Shown here: positions 9,185-18,818 of the stretch, piece by piece | Position numbering within the stretch: the first letter of the stretch is position 1 | How the letters are laid out: every line of letters begins with the position of its first letter | Assembly: GCA_026983735.1 (NCBI GenBank) | Contig: JALSTN010000186.1 | Location: 1 to 49,306 of the forward strand | Direction: 5' to 3' | DNA length: 49,306 nt | DNA from: Saprospiraceae bacterium | GTDB taxonomy: Bacteria > Bacteroidota > Bacteroidia > Chitinophagales > Saprospiraceae | Made by a program: the position numbers and the translations under genes | Notes under the pieces: model-generated | Seen by the model: the letters and a program-made list of their open reading frames with translations, nothing else | The model's database searches: none | Told to the model about the DNA's origin: nothing

Positions 9185-10984
9185 ATGAGAAATTTAGCTT
9201 ATCTCAACAAGTATTTCATAAAATATAAATGGCGCGTACTGCTGGGAATACTGTTTGTAAGTGCCTCCAACTATTTTAGGATTCTGCAGCCCCAAGTAGT
9301 AAGGGATGCGCTCAACCTTGTTGTCCGGACTCTGAAGGACTACAAAGCAGCCTCTCCTACCCTACAACCGGAATTATATGATCAGCTCATCGTCCAATTA
9401 ACACGATTTGGAGGATTGGTTCTCTTTTATGCGCTTCTCATGGGACTATTTATGTATTTTATGCGTCAAACGCTTATTGTGATGAGTCGTTTGATCGAAT
9501 ACGATATGCGCAAGGAGTTATTTCAGCATTATCTAGAACTAGACCAAGGTTTTTACCTCAAAAATAGAGTAGGTGATCTTATGGCCCGAATAAGCGATGA
9601 TATTACTAAAGTAAGAATGTATCTGGGTCCGGGCATCATGTATATGATAAACTTAACCTCCCTCTCCATTCTAATAATATACTCGATGATAAAAGTTAGC
9701 CCTGCCCTAACTTGGTATGCCTTATTCCCTCTTCCCATTTTATCTATTTCCATCTATGTTATAAGTTCCATTATCCAACGAAAAAGTACTGCTATTCAAA
9801 AGCAGCTAGGTATTCTTACGAGTACCGCTCAAGAGACCTTTTCCGGAATTCGTGTCTTAAAGGTTTTTGTTAAAGAAAACGATTTTAAGCGTTCTTTTAA
9901 TCGAGAGGCCAACCGGCTTTTTGACAAAAATCTGAGTATGACAAAGGTGCGTGCACTTTTTTTTCCATTAATTATTTTTTTAATTGGGATGAGCAATTTG
10001 CTTACGATTTACAAAGGAGGACAACTCCTCAACACAAATAAAATAACTGCGGGCAACCTAGCTGAATTTGTCATCTATATCAATATGCTCACATGGCCTT
10101 TTACTGCTATCGGATGGATAGCCTCTATCATTCAAGAAGCTTCTGCCTCACAAAAGAGAATTTTAGAAATACTAAGTACAAAAGCAACTATCCGATCGGA
10201 AGGAGATATAAAATCTCCCATCTCAGGAGATATTCGTTTTGAGAACGTTTATCTCAGATATGAAAAGGAAGGAAAAGGAGTCCTCTCCGGTATAGATTTG
10301 CACATTAAACCGGGGCAAAGAGTCGCTATCGTAGGGAAAACAGGGAGTGGGAAAAGCACCATTGCCGAGTTATTATTGCGGGTGATAGATCCCACAGAAG
10401 GAGTCCTATCGTATGATGGAATAAATGCCAGGATGTATGATCTTCACTTTTTGCGCAGTCACATAGGTTATGTCCCGCAAGACATATTTTTATTTTCTGA
10501 CACGGTAGCGAATAATATTGGTTTTGCAACAGATGATGCCACCATGGACGAGATCATTGAAGCTGCTAAAAATGCAAATATCCATGAAGAAATAATCAAT
10601 TTCCCGCAAGGTTATGACACGCTTGTCGGAGAACGAGGAGTCTCCCTTTCGGGTGGTCAGAAGCAGCGTTTGGCAATCGCTCGAGCCTTGATAAAGAGGC
10701 CAACAATTCTTTTACTTGATGATGCTCTATCGGCGGTTGACCCTACGACTCGATCTGCTATTTACTCTAGCATACAATCAAATGCTCAAAAACAGCAAGG
10801 AACTACTTTGATTACGATTACCCACAATTTCATACATCTTGATGACCTTGACAACATCTATGTCTTGGAAGGGGGCAAAATTACCCAAACAGGCACCGCT
10901 CAACAGCTTCTTGAAAATCAGAAGGGTTACTTCTACAAAGTCTATCAACATCAGAGAGAAAAGGACAAGAATCTTGAAGAATGA
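9185..10984 (+). CDS. ABC exporter, fused permease-ATPase (MsbA/MdlB-like)
   Basis: 599 aa. The N-terminal half has six hydrophobic segments. The C-terminal NBD has Walker A GKTGSGKST, signature LSGGQKQR and Walker B ILLLDDALSAVD. Confidence 0.9.
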   Translation: MRNLAYLNKYFIKYKWRVLLGILFVSASNYFRILQPQVVRDALNLVVRTLKDYKAASPTLQPELYDQLIVQLTRFGGLVLFYALLMGLFMYFMRQTLIVMSRLIEYDMRKELFQHYLELDQGFYLKNRVGDLMARISDDITKVRMYLGPGIMYMINLTSLSILIIYSMIKVSPALTWYALFPLPILSISIYVISSIIQRKSTAIQKQLGILTSTAQETFSGIRVLKVFVKENDFKRSFNREANRLFDKNLSMTKVRALFFPLIIFLIGMSNLLTIYKGGQLLNTNKITAGNLAEFVIYINMLTWPFTAIGWIASIIQEASASQKRILEILSTKATIRSEGDIKSPISGDIRFENVYLRYEKEGKGVLSGIDLHIKPGQRVAIVGKTGSGKSTIAELLLRVIDPTEGVLSYDGINARMYDLHFLRSHIGYVPQDIFLFSDTVANNIGFATDDATMDEIIEAAKNANIHEEIINFPQGYDTLVGERGVSLSGGQKQRLAIARALIKRPTILLLDDALSAVDPTTRSAIYSSIQSNAQKQQGTTLITITHNFIHLDDLDNIYVLEGGKITQTGTAQQLLENQKGYFYKVYQHQREKDKNLEE

Positions 10985-11388
10985 GATAAGGGGCACTTAA
11001 TCTCCCTTCTTAGACAATTGAATCCCATTACTAACATTTACTTATCTCTCTTAAATTTTATTTTTCTAAAATACACCCCTGAACATGGAGTAGAATTCGT
11101 AGCGAGGGAGTCTTCGGCAATAAAAGCAGCGGAAGCGTAGTAGAATGAAATGCTTCATTTTGAAGTCAAATACGCCGCAGCAGAAGATAATCCGAGCGTT
11201 TATTGAAAGCAATATTTTGAAATTTAAGCAGTTCTAAAATAATTAAATTCTTTTGAAGGAAAAACTTACTCGAAATTAATTTGTAGACAATGGTTTTAAA
11301 TATACAATGTCAATAATATATTCGTAGTTCAATTAAGTGGCAAATACATGAATTGGGTACTACTAAAAGGTTTAGGAAGTTAGTGATG

Positions 11389-11423
11389 GTGTGTTAGGTT
11401 GAGGCCGTAGACCTAAAACACAC
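11389..11423 (-). terminator. Hairpin downstream of the large T9SS cargo gene (no U-tract)
   Basis: GTGTGTTAGGT (11389-11399) pairs with ACCTAAAACACAC (11411-11423), with a 2-nt bulge. It lies 37 nt beyond the stop codon. No T-run follows on either strand. Confidence 0.3.
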
Positions 11424-11459
11424 ATCGTTGAAGATATACTGCATTCACATAGACACTTC

Positions 11460-14400
11460 TTATCTCACCAAGGTAACGTCCCCGTAATAATCTCTAATAA
11501 CACCCGACTTAAACCGGACTTTAGTGGTATAGACATAAACCCCTGGCTGCATATTTTTACCCTGAAATCTCCCGTCCCAACCGAGCTCGATTCTATTAGG
11601 GAGAATAGATGCGGTATGAAAAATCCATTCTCCCCATCTATCATAGATATTGAGTTCAAGGATTTCCTCCACTCTCTTACTTCCAAAAACAGTAAAACCA
11701 TCGTTTAAACCATCTCCATTTGGGGTAAAGACATTGGGGATAAACACCTTTGCACCATCGATTACTTTAATGGTAACTGCCCGTGTAATCTGACATCCAT
11801 TATCATCTGTAAAGGTGACGGTGTAAGTCGTTGTCGAGGTTGGAGAAGCTTCCGTTTGTCTACAAGCCGGACAAATGAGGTCAAAAGAAGGTTGCCAGCT
11901 AAACCGTCCCCCACCTTGTCCAAAGGCGCTGCTATAAAGGAGCACTTCATCGCCCTTGAATATCGTGGTATCGGGTCGAATAGAAAGTATGAGACTATCT
12001 GCTCCGGCAATCTCTATGGTATCCCTCCAGGCACAGCCTAAACTGTCTATAATTACCATGAAATAGGTGCCCGGACTCAAACTGTCGTACGGCGGCGAAA
12101 GGGATTGATGTTCCGAATCTTCTAAGTCAAACTCCAGTTGTAAAGCAGAATTAAATACAATCTGTCCATCCTCTAAACCCGGACAAGATGCATCGACACT
12201 CTCTATGGAGTATAAAGGAGGTCGAGCCCCGACAATTTCATACCGAAACAATCGACTACATCCAATAGAATCTATAAGCTCGATTTGATGAATTCCCTTG
12301 GCGCATTTACGCTCAATATCATCCTGGAGGCCATCCCATAAAATGGTAATAGGTCCTTTTCCTCCTTGGGGTAAAAGATAAACCAAGGTTGAATCTACCT
12401 CCGGACAAGGTGCATCGTATCGTATATCCAATGTCAGGGGGTTTGTCTCAAATAAATCCACGAGGAGAATAGAATCACATTGATTTGAATTGGAAAAACG
12501 CATCTGATAGGTACCTGTTTTTTTCTCCCAATTATCAAAGATAAAAGCACTGTCTCCAGGACAAATATAAATCTGCGTATCCTGGATACTTCCTGAGGTA
12601 AGCCAAATATGAAGCCTTGCAATACTGTCACATCCATGTTGATCCGGTAGATGAAAGGAGTATATACCGGGACGGGAGATCATGCTGTCATGGACGACTA
12701 AAGTATCCCCTGCACAGAGCGGAAGGCTATCCGTAGAAGTTTCACGGGGAAATGTATAGACACTTATGGTATCCCGATTGATGCATCCTTCCTCGGTTCT
12801 TGCTTCCAGGGTAATAAGAGTAGTAGAGTCAATTCTAGCGTATACTTGTGCGCAGGTGTCACAATCGAAGATACCTTTGGGTCTCCATTGAAATTCATCA
12901 AAACTATCCGCTTGTAGAAATAGGATTTCCCCGGAACAAACAGTGCTATCTCTTCCTATATCCAGTATAGGCGGAGGCAAAATGGTAATCAGGATTGAAT
13001 CCCGACTTTTTCTCCCACATTCATCCGTCACTTCTAGCCAGTATAACCCCGGTTGATTCACCCAGAGCATACTGTCTGTGGACCCATCTTGCCAATAGTA
13101 TTGTTTGTACTTGTTGTCGGGAAGAATGGGTATAGAATCAAGGGTACAAGCTGAAATATCCGGTCCAAGGTTTAAGCGATTATAGGTGTCCGGACGAAAG
13201 ACACTATCGATATTATTGAGATAATCACACTCTATGAATGGCGTATAAGGAAAGTTCTCCAATCGGAACGGAGCCTTGAGGGGGCCGGGTGCATTGGCCA
13301 CAAAATAAAGGCTATTTACAGTAGTATCTGATATATTTAGGATGAAATCAATACAGCTGTCCACTTCTATTCTACGGGCAACGACAGCGGTAAGTAGACG
13401 AGGTGACGGTTGGGTTAAAGGATTCTCTGAATACACACTAATGGGTGTATTGGGATTTATTGGTTTATCACCTGCATTGCAAACTCGGATAAATACGCGA
13501 TTCAAGCTATCCGAGCACTTGAAAATTAAGGTATCAATCCAGATATCTATAGCGGGTAATTGGTCATATGCATAAGGCATCAGATAATTATTGAGTAGTA
13601 CACTGTCCGCCACGATATGATGCTCTTGCTGGTGGATAGGGACCGTTCCGTCATCATTGATATTGACATTGTAAAAAAGTTCCTGATTCCAAATGCTCCT
13701 TGTCAATGGCCATGGAGCTCCTGCAGAACCATAAGCTCGAAGCTGCTTCCCACAACCACAAAGTATTTCTGCTTCACCGTCTTTATCGATATCAGCGATA
13801 ACCGGATATTCGACAAAAGTACCTGAAGTGCAGGGCGTCTTAAAAAGTACCTTTCCGCTCAATGCATCGATGATATTCAGATGGGTCTCATCTCGGTAAA
13901 CGATTTCATACCGCCCATCCTGATTAAAATCAAACGCCGTACTTCCTGTCAATCCCGATTTGTCCGTCGTTGGCATAGATAAAATAACTTTCCAATTGCC
14001 CCCTTCCCAATCCAAGACTTGGTAGAGCAACGGGCTGTTGAGCAGAACTTCGACCTGTCCGTCTCCATCCAGGTCTCGCAAGATAGGCAGACCCATAAAT
14101 CTGGCATTGAAGGGCACTGTCCTTTTTAATGTATAATCCGAAGTCAATCTAACGGGAGTCTGCCCATCCCAAACTGTTAAGCGTATCACTGAGTCCTGAA
14201 AGGAGGTAGAGCTGTAAAGGATATCCAAATCCCCATCTCTATCAAAATCGCAAACTGATGTAAATCCATCTGTGCCATTGGGCAATTGGACTTCCCTTTT
14301 TATACGTTGATGGATAGGAATTCTATTATCAAAAGTAACACTATACACTTCATTCCCTATCACTAATTCCATCCCCTGACAATCGGGGCAAAACCCATCC

Positions 14401-15230
14401 GGTAATATGTCTGCGACCACAGGAAAATAGACATCATGAAAAGAATCCCAGTTATGGATACGCCCAAAATTGGCGGAGGTATCCCCTTTAGCCATCAGAT
14501 GACCATCCAATCCATTGAAGATGTAATTGGAGACGATGACTTCGGCATTGCCATCATGATTCATATCTGCAAAAGAAACGGGAGAAGACGTCCCTAAAGG
14601 ATGCGCTGTAGTATACAAGGAAGAATCAGAGATCCATTTTAATTGGACCTTTCCCGCTGACCATTCATAGCAGTAAACTTGTCCTCCATTTCTACTATTG
14701 GAGAGGGATGAACTCAGAAAGACCATCTCACTCTTCCCGTCCTTGTCCAGATCTGCCAAAGCGATAGTGGGGTTGGTATAATTAATTATTGGAGCATCGT
14801 TCATCCTGTATTTAGTTGCTCCATTTTGAGCATTATAAATAACAAATCCACTATCCAATAAGTTGAACACATCATGGTTGAAAGGTCCCTTTTTCCCTAT
14901 AATATCGGGCCAACCATCCCCATCAATATCACCTGTAACAGGAAGGCTGTATTCATGCCATAAAGTATCCACAGACTCCCATTCGAGCTTCACCAATACC
15001 GGTGTATCAGGAAAAGGACGGATACAATCCAATGGGCAAACCTTAAAGTATTGATGATCGCAGACTTTTGTACAGCCACAATCGGGATCGTAACAATCAA
15101 TCAATCCATCCCCATCATCATCAATACCATTGGCGCATATCTCTATAAGAAGTATCGGCCCACTCATCAGCCATACATTCAGTAGGATCAAAAAACAAAC
15201 AACAAACAATTTATACAGATGCTCCTTCAT
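11460..15230 (-). CDS. Large secreted FG-GAP/VCBS beta-propeller protein with a T9SS type B (gliding-motility-associated, CHU_C) C-terminal domain
   Basis: Signal peptide, then an N-terminal CANGIDDDGDGLIDCYDPDCGC motif. Seven DxDxDG-type repeats follow (DIDGDGWPD, DLDKDGKSE, DMNHDGNAE, DFDRDGDLD, DLDGDGQVE, DFNQDGRYE, DIDKDGEAE), then Cys-rich Ig-like modules. The C-terminus reads VFIPNVFTPNGDGLNDGF...IYDRWGEWIF...WDGRFQGKNMQPGVYVY. The ATG is at 15230; the track start at 15236 is a TTG. Confidence 0.85.
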   Translation of the reverse strand: MKEHLYKLFVVCFLILLNVWLMSGPILLIEICANGIDDDGDGLIDCYDPDCGCTKVCDHQYFKVCPLDCIRPFPDTPVLVKLEWESVDTLWHEYSLPVTGDIDGDGWPDIIGKKGPFNHDVFNLLDSGFVIYNAQNGATKYRMNDAPIINYTNPTIALADLDKDGKSEMVFLSSSLSNSRNGGQVYCYEWSAGKVQLKWISDSSLYTTAHPLGTSSPVSFADMNHDGNAEVIVSNYIFNGLDGHLMAKGDTSANFGRIHNWDSFHDVYFPVVADILPDGFCPDCQGMELVIGNEVYSVTFDNRIPIHQRIKREVQLPNGTDGFTSVCDFDRDGDLDILYSSTSFQDSVIRLTVWDGQTPVRLTSDYTLKRTVPFNARFMGLPILRDLDGDGQVEVLLNSPLLYQVLDWEGGNWKVILSMPTTDKSGLTGSTAFDFNQDGRYEIVYRDETHLNIIDALSGKVLFKTPCTSGTFVEYPVIADIDKDGEAEILCGCGKQLRAYGSAGAPWPLTRSIWNQELFYNVNINDDGTVPIHQQEHHIVADSVLLNNYLMPYAYDQLPAIDIWIDTLIFKCSDSLNRVFIRVCNAGDKPINPNTPISVYSENPLTQPSPRLLTAVVARRIEVDSCIDFILNISDTTVNSLYFVANAPGPLKAPFRLENFPYTPFIECDYLNNIDSVFRPDTYNRLNLGPDISACTLDSIPILPDNKYKQYYWQDGSTDSMLWVNQPGLYWLEVTDECGRKSRDSILITILPPPILDIGRDSTVCSGEILFLQADSFDEFQWRPKGIFDCDTCAQVYARIDSTTLITLEARTEEGCINRDTISVYTFPRETSTDSLPLCAGDTLVVHDSMISRPGIYSFHLPDQHGCDSIARLHIWLTSGSIQDTQIYICPGDSAFIFDNWEKKTGTYQMRFSNSNQCDSILLVDLFETNPLTLDIRYDAPCPEVDSTLVYLLPQGGKGPITILWDGLQDDIERKCAKGIHQIELIDSIGCSRLFRYEIVGARPPLYSIESVDASCPGLEDGQIVFNSALQLEFDLEDSEHQSLSPPYDSLSPGTYFMVIIDSLGCAWRDTIEIAGADSLILSIRPDTTIFKGDEVLLYSSAFGQGGGRFSWQPSFDLICPACRQTEASPTSTTTYTVTFTDDNGCQITRAVTIKVIDGAKVFIPNVFTPNGDGLNDGFTVFGSKRVEEILELNIYDRWGEWIFHTASILPNRIELGWDGRFQGKNMQPGVYVYTTKVRFKSGVIRDYYGDVTLVR

Positions 15231-15507
15231 AGACAAAATACCATTTAACCCAAGAGATGCATTAGAAGAAAGCTAGCTAACTAACTCCTTAACCCCCCCT
15301 TGTCTTTCATTCAAAAACACATAATGTCTTAGGCCCCCCAAAGCTACATTAATTTTACCTATCATCCCATATTTAGTTATAAGAAATTGGGCTTACATGC
15401 TCAGTGGATTATCCAAATTAAAATGAGGTATGAAGCATTCCTTGATGGAAAATCGTCTTTTTTTATTGTACTTTTAAAGAACTGCTATGTAAGTGGATAA
15501 AAAACAT

Positions 15508-15515
15508 TACTTTTG
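15508..15515 (+). promoter_or_regulatory. -7 box TACTTTTG upstream of the ftsB-like / sucD pair
   Basis: Exact TAnnTTTG match, 37 nt upstream of the ATG at 15553. Confidence 0.5.
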
Positions 15516-15552
15516 CATGGATATTCGACAACAAATTAAATTTTTTTAGAAT

Positions 15553-15843
15553 ATGTCCACTGTATTAAACGTATTAAAAAAATATATAAAGCCAGGGAAT
15601 AAGTACCTTTGGGTAATTGTGGCCTTTATCCTTTGGATGGCATTTTTTGATTCTCATCGCATATCCATTCAATGGGCTTTGTCCCGAAAGGTGCATACAC
15701 TTGAGAACCAAGTGCAAGATTATCAGCAAAAGATTGTTCAAGCCAAAAAGGATGCGATTGATCTGGAAGTAAATAAGGAAAAATACGCTCGGGAGAAGTA
15801 TTATATGCACACCCCCGGAGAAGATGTATTTATCATGAAATAG
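15553..15843 (+). CDS. Septum formation initiator family protein (FtsB/DivIC-like)
   Basis: 96 aa. One TM (LWVIVAFILWMAFF), a short coiled coil, and a C-terminal EKYAREKYYMHTPGEDVF motif typical of the family. Confidence 0.7.
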   Translation: MSTVLNVLKKYIKPGNKYLWVIVAFILWMAFFDSHRISIQWALSRKVHTLENQVQDYQQKIVQAKKDAIDLEVNKEKYAREKYYMHTPGEDVFIMK

Positions 15844-15885
15844 ACCTAATAACATAAACGCTTAACGCATTAAAAACATAAAAAC

Positions 15886-16773
15886 ATGTCTGTACTATTA
15901 AATAACGATACGAGGGTAATCGTCCAGGGTTTTACTGGTAAAGAAGGTAGTTTTCATGCACAAAAAATGATAGAATACGGCACGAATGTCGTCGGAGGAG
16001 TAACGCCGGGGAAAGGTGGCCAAACTCACTTGGGGCTTCCTGTTTTTAACACGGTTGATGAAGCGGTGCAGTCAACCCGAGCCAATGCATCCGTCATATT
16101 TGTTCCTCCTGCTTTTTCTTCTGATGCCATTATGGAGGCAACGGATGCAGGCTTGGATTTTATTGTTTGTATCACAGAGGGAATTCCCGTTCAAGATATG
16201 ATCAAGGCCAAAGCATATGTAAATGAGCACAATGCTGTGCTTATAGGGCCCAACTGTCCGGGGATTATTACTCCCGGAGAAGGAAAAATCGGTATCATGC
16301 CGGGTTTTATACACAAGAAAGGAAATATCGGCATTGTCTCTAGATCCGGAACACTTACTTATGAAGCTGTAGACCAGGTCACCAAAGTAGGATTAGGGCA
16401 ATCTACCTGCATCGGAATCGGTGGTGACCCTATTCCCGGCACTACAACCCAACAGGCCGTCGAGTATTTCATGAAGGATCCTGAGACTAAGGGAATCATT
16501 GTAATTGGAGAAATCGGTGGAAATATGGAAGCTGATGCGGCCTATTATATTAAAGAGCATGGTACCAAACCTGTAGTGGCTTACATTGCAGGTATTACTG
16601 CACCTAAAGGTAGGACAATGGGGCATGCAGGAGCCATCATCGGTGGAAAAGCCGATACAGCTGAGGAGAAGATGAAAATCATGCGTTCTTGTGGCATTGA
16701 AGTGGTCACTAATCCCGCTGAAATAGGAGAAGTAACTTATAGGTTAATGAAGGAAAACAATCTGCTAGGGTAA
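15886..16773 (+). CDS. sucD: Succinate--CoA ligase (ADP-forming) subunit alpha
   Basis: [23 protein letters not shown] and the phosphohistidine loop GHAGAII. There is no sucC next to it. Confidence 0.95.
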   Translation: MSVLLNNDTRVIVQGFTGKEGSFHAQKMIEYGTNVVGGVTPGKGGQTHLGLPVFNTVDEAVQSTRANASVIFVPPAFSSDAIMEATDAGLDFIVCITEGIPVQDMIKAKAYVNEHNAVLIGPNCPGIITPGEGKIGIMPGFIHKKGNIGIVSRSGTLTYEAVDQVTKVGLGQSTCIGIGGDPIPGTTTQQAVEYFMKDPETKGIIVIGEIGGNMEADAAYYIKEHGTKPVVAYIAGITAPKGRTMGHAGAIIGGKADTAEEKMKIMRSCGIEVVTNPAEIGEVTYRLMKENNLLG

Positions 16774-16937
16774 GGTCATTGGAGATATAGGCATAATCTA
16801 CTCTAACAGGTTTTAAGGGCGTTCATCTATTGTCACCTTTTTCATGTCCAACATGGCTTAACCGACACTGTAAGTTACACAACCGGAGACAGTTAAATAT
16901 CATTCACTGTTTTTAACCAACTGCCATAAAGTATATA

Positions 16938-17543
16938 TCATTTTTTTTTGGCCTGTAAGATCATAAAGCATTCTTTGCCTAAACGCGGTTTAATAGAGTC
17001 CTTAGAGGGTGCTAACTCCAATAGATTAAAAAAGGGGGTGAAAAGTGTTTTATATTCCTCAATTGTACCACCAAATGGTGGGCCATCGAATTCAAATTCA
17101 GTCATAAATAATAGTCCCGCGAGTATTCCTCCGGGCTGTAAAAGCATTTGACACTTTGAAGCGTACTTTGCTCTTAAGTCTTTTGGTAGTGAACTGAAAA
17201 AGGTTTGTTCTAGTATGAAATCAAAGGGTCCCTCCAACTGGAAATAATCAGTAACCAAAAGATGCTCCCTAGGAAAATCCCGTACTCGCATTTTAAAGCC
17301 CTCCATAGCAGAAGAGGACCAATCGCAAACCCACACATTGTTATACCCCATCCGATGTAAGGCTTCCGCTTCCCACCCGTTACCCGCACCAGGGATAAGT
17401 ATCTTAGCTGTTTTGGAGATATTTTTAAGCGCAAAATTCATCAAAGCAGGAGAGGCATACCCAATGTCCCAAGGAGTATCCCTAACTTTATAACGTTCAT
17501 CCCAGCGCTCCGGATTGAAGTCACTTCGCTGTTTCATTTGCAT
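16938..17543 (-). CDS. SAM-dependent methyltransferase, TPMT-like
   Basis: WDERY...TPWDI at the N-terminus, SAM motif I ILIPGAGNGWEA, and a PPFGG segment as in thiopurine/thiol methyltransferases. Confidence 0.7.
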   Translation of the reverse strand: MQMKQRSDFNPERWDERYKVRDTPWDIGYASPALMNFALKNISKTAKILIPGAGNGWEAEALHRMGYNNVWVCDWSSSAMEGFKMRVRDFPREHLLVTDYFQLEGPFDFILEQTFFSSLPKDLRAKYASKCQMLLQPGGILAGLLFMTEFEFDGPPFGGTIEEYKTLFTPFFNLLELAPSKDSIKPRLGKECFMILQAKKK

Positions 17544-17552
17544 ATCTTTTTA

Positions 17553-17560
17553 CAAAAGTA
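17553..17560 (-). promoter_or_regulatory. -7 box TACTTTTG upstream of the methyltransferase gene
   Basis: The minus strand reads TACTTTTGTAAAAAGATATG. The spacer to the ATG is 9 nt. Confidence 0.45.
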
Positions 17561-17605
17561 TTAGCTGACACAAAAAAATTTATGCGCATATTTACTCCTA
17601 ACGCT

Positions 17606-18709
17606 CTACATATTTTGAGTTAATTTTCTTACGAGTTTAAAATGGCTGAAGAACACCTTGGCCACAACACGGATGACAGTATAAGTCGGAATAGCCAACA
17701 ACATACCAAACAGTCCACCTATCTGAGCACCAACTAAAAACACGAGGAATATTTCAAGTGGATGAGCCTTAATTCTAGAAGAAAAAATCACAGGTTGTAA
17801 AACAAAATTATCTAATAATTGTGCCAACATAAATATTATTGCTACAGTCCCGAGTCTAGATAAGATGGCTAAGCCAGATGCGCTGTCGATACTATTCGTT
17901 AAGGTGACAAATATTCCAAAAAGCGCACCGAGTAGTGATCCAACATAGGGAATAATGTTCATAATACCTGCAAAAAATGCAATGAATAAGGCATTTGGTA
18001 TGCCGGCTAGGCTAAGCGCTAAAAATATAAAGCTAACCATCGATATCATCCTAAGCAGTTCCCCACCAAAATACCGTGTTAATAGGCGCGTAGCTTCTTT
18101 TACCGCTTGTTCGACCTGCGCTTCATAAGATTGTGGTACAACCATCTTAAGCCCGGACATGAACAAGCCCTGTTCTCTTAAGAAAAAAAAGGCTATAAAG
18201 AAGATAGAAAACAATCCGACCAAAGCATCTTTGAGACCAAAAAGAAAAGACCCCAATACCGCTGTTATCTTAGAGGGGTCTATCCACGATAATAAGAAAT
18301 TCTGAACATTATCCTGTGTATTCAGATCCCCGACATTCAAGAGGCCTTTGGATTCTAACCATATTTTCAATTGCTCTAATGGCTCTGCCAACAATTTCCC
18401 AAATGCATTGTAGTCCACATTCGATAGGATATCTACTTGATGAATGACGAGGGGAATAAAGAGAATCGCATATAATACAATCCCGACAACAAACAAGAGT
18501 AATACCAGCAATGCTCCGATAGATCGTCCACCTTTAAAACGACCTAAAGGGGTCTTCATTACCAATACATTCATCAAAGGCTGTCCGAGCAGGGACAAAA
18601 TCCAAGCTCCAATAATATAAGCGACAACGGTCCTGAAGTAATACAACAAAAGTAAGAGGATGACCCCTCCTATAACCAGCGCCCAATTTCTTGTATTATT
18701 CTTGATCAT
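17606..18709 (-). CDS. AI-2E family transporter (PerM/UPF0118)
   Basis: 367 aa, about 8 hydrophobic segments, with the length and topology typical of the family. Confidence 0.75.
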   Translation of the reverse strand: MIKNNTRNWALVIGGVILLLLLYYFRTVVAYIIGAWILSLLGQPLMNVLVMKTPLGRFKGGRSIGALLVLLLFVVGIVLYAILFIPLVIHQVDILSNVDYNAFGKLLAEPLEQLKIWLESKGLLNVGDLNTQDNVQNFLLSWIDPSKITAVLGSFLFGLKDALVGLFSIFFIAFFFLREQGLFMSGLKMVVPQSYEAQVEQAVKEATRLLTRYFGGELLRMISMVSFIFLALSLAGIPNALFIAFFAGIMNIIPYVGSLLGALFGIFVTLTNSIDSASGLAILSRLGTVAIIFMLAQLLDNFVLQPVIFSSRIKAHPLEIFLVFLVGAQIGGLFGMLLAIPTYTVIRVVAKVFFSHFKLVRKLTQNM

Positions 18710-18713
18710 ACCT

Positions 18714-18721
18714 CAAAGATA
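18714..18721 (-). promoter_or_regulatory. -7 box TATCTTTG 4 nt upstream of the AI-2E transporter ATG
   Basis: The minus strand reads TATCTTTGAGGTATG. Confidence 0.4.
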
Positions 18722-18818
18722 CAACATTGAGAGGAACAAACTTACATTCCGGCATTTGGATGCAAGCTAGATCGAAAAGTAAGCATTGTATCAACGCGTA
18801 AGACCACGGCCCAAAGGA

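Noticed and set aside
11081-11210. A slightly GC-richer patch in the intergenic region after the ABC exporter. It has repeated AGTAGAAT words, a small AATGAA/TTCATT hairpin and a 30-codon Cys/Arg-rich minus-strand ORF.
   Set aside because: The stems are short and I recognised no RNA family. The mini-ORF has no promoter or other support. I could not back any call from sequence alone.
15574-15855. A 93-aa minus-strand ORF almost co-extensive with the ftsB-like gene.
   Set aside because: The plus-strand product has the TM, coiled coil and conserved C-terminal motif of septum formation initiator proteins, plus a -7 box upstream. The antisense frame is low-complexity and hydrophobic.
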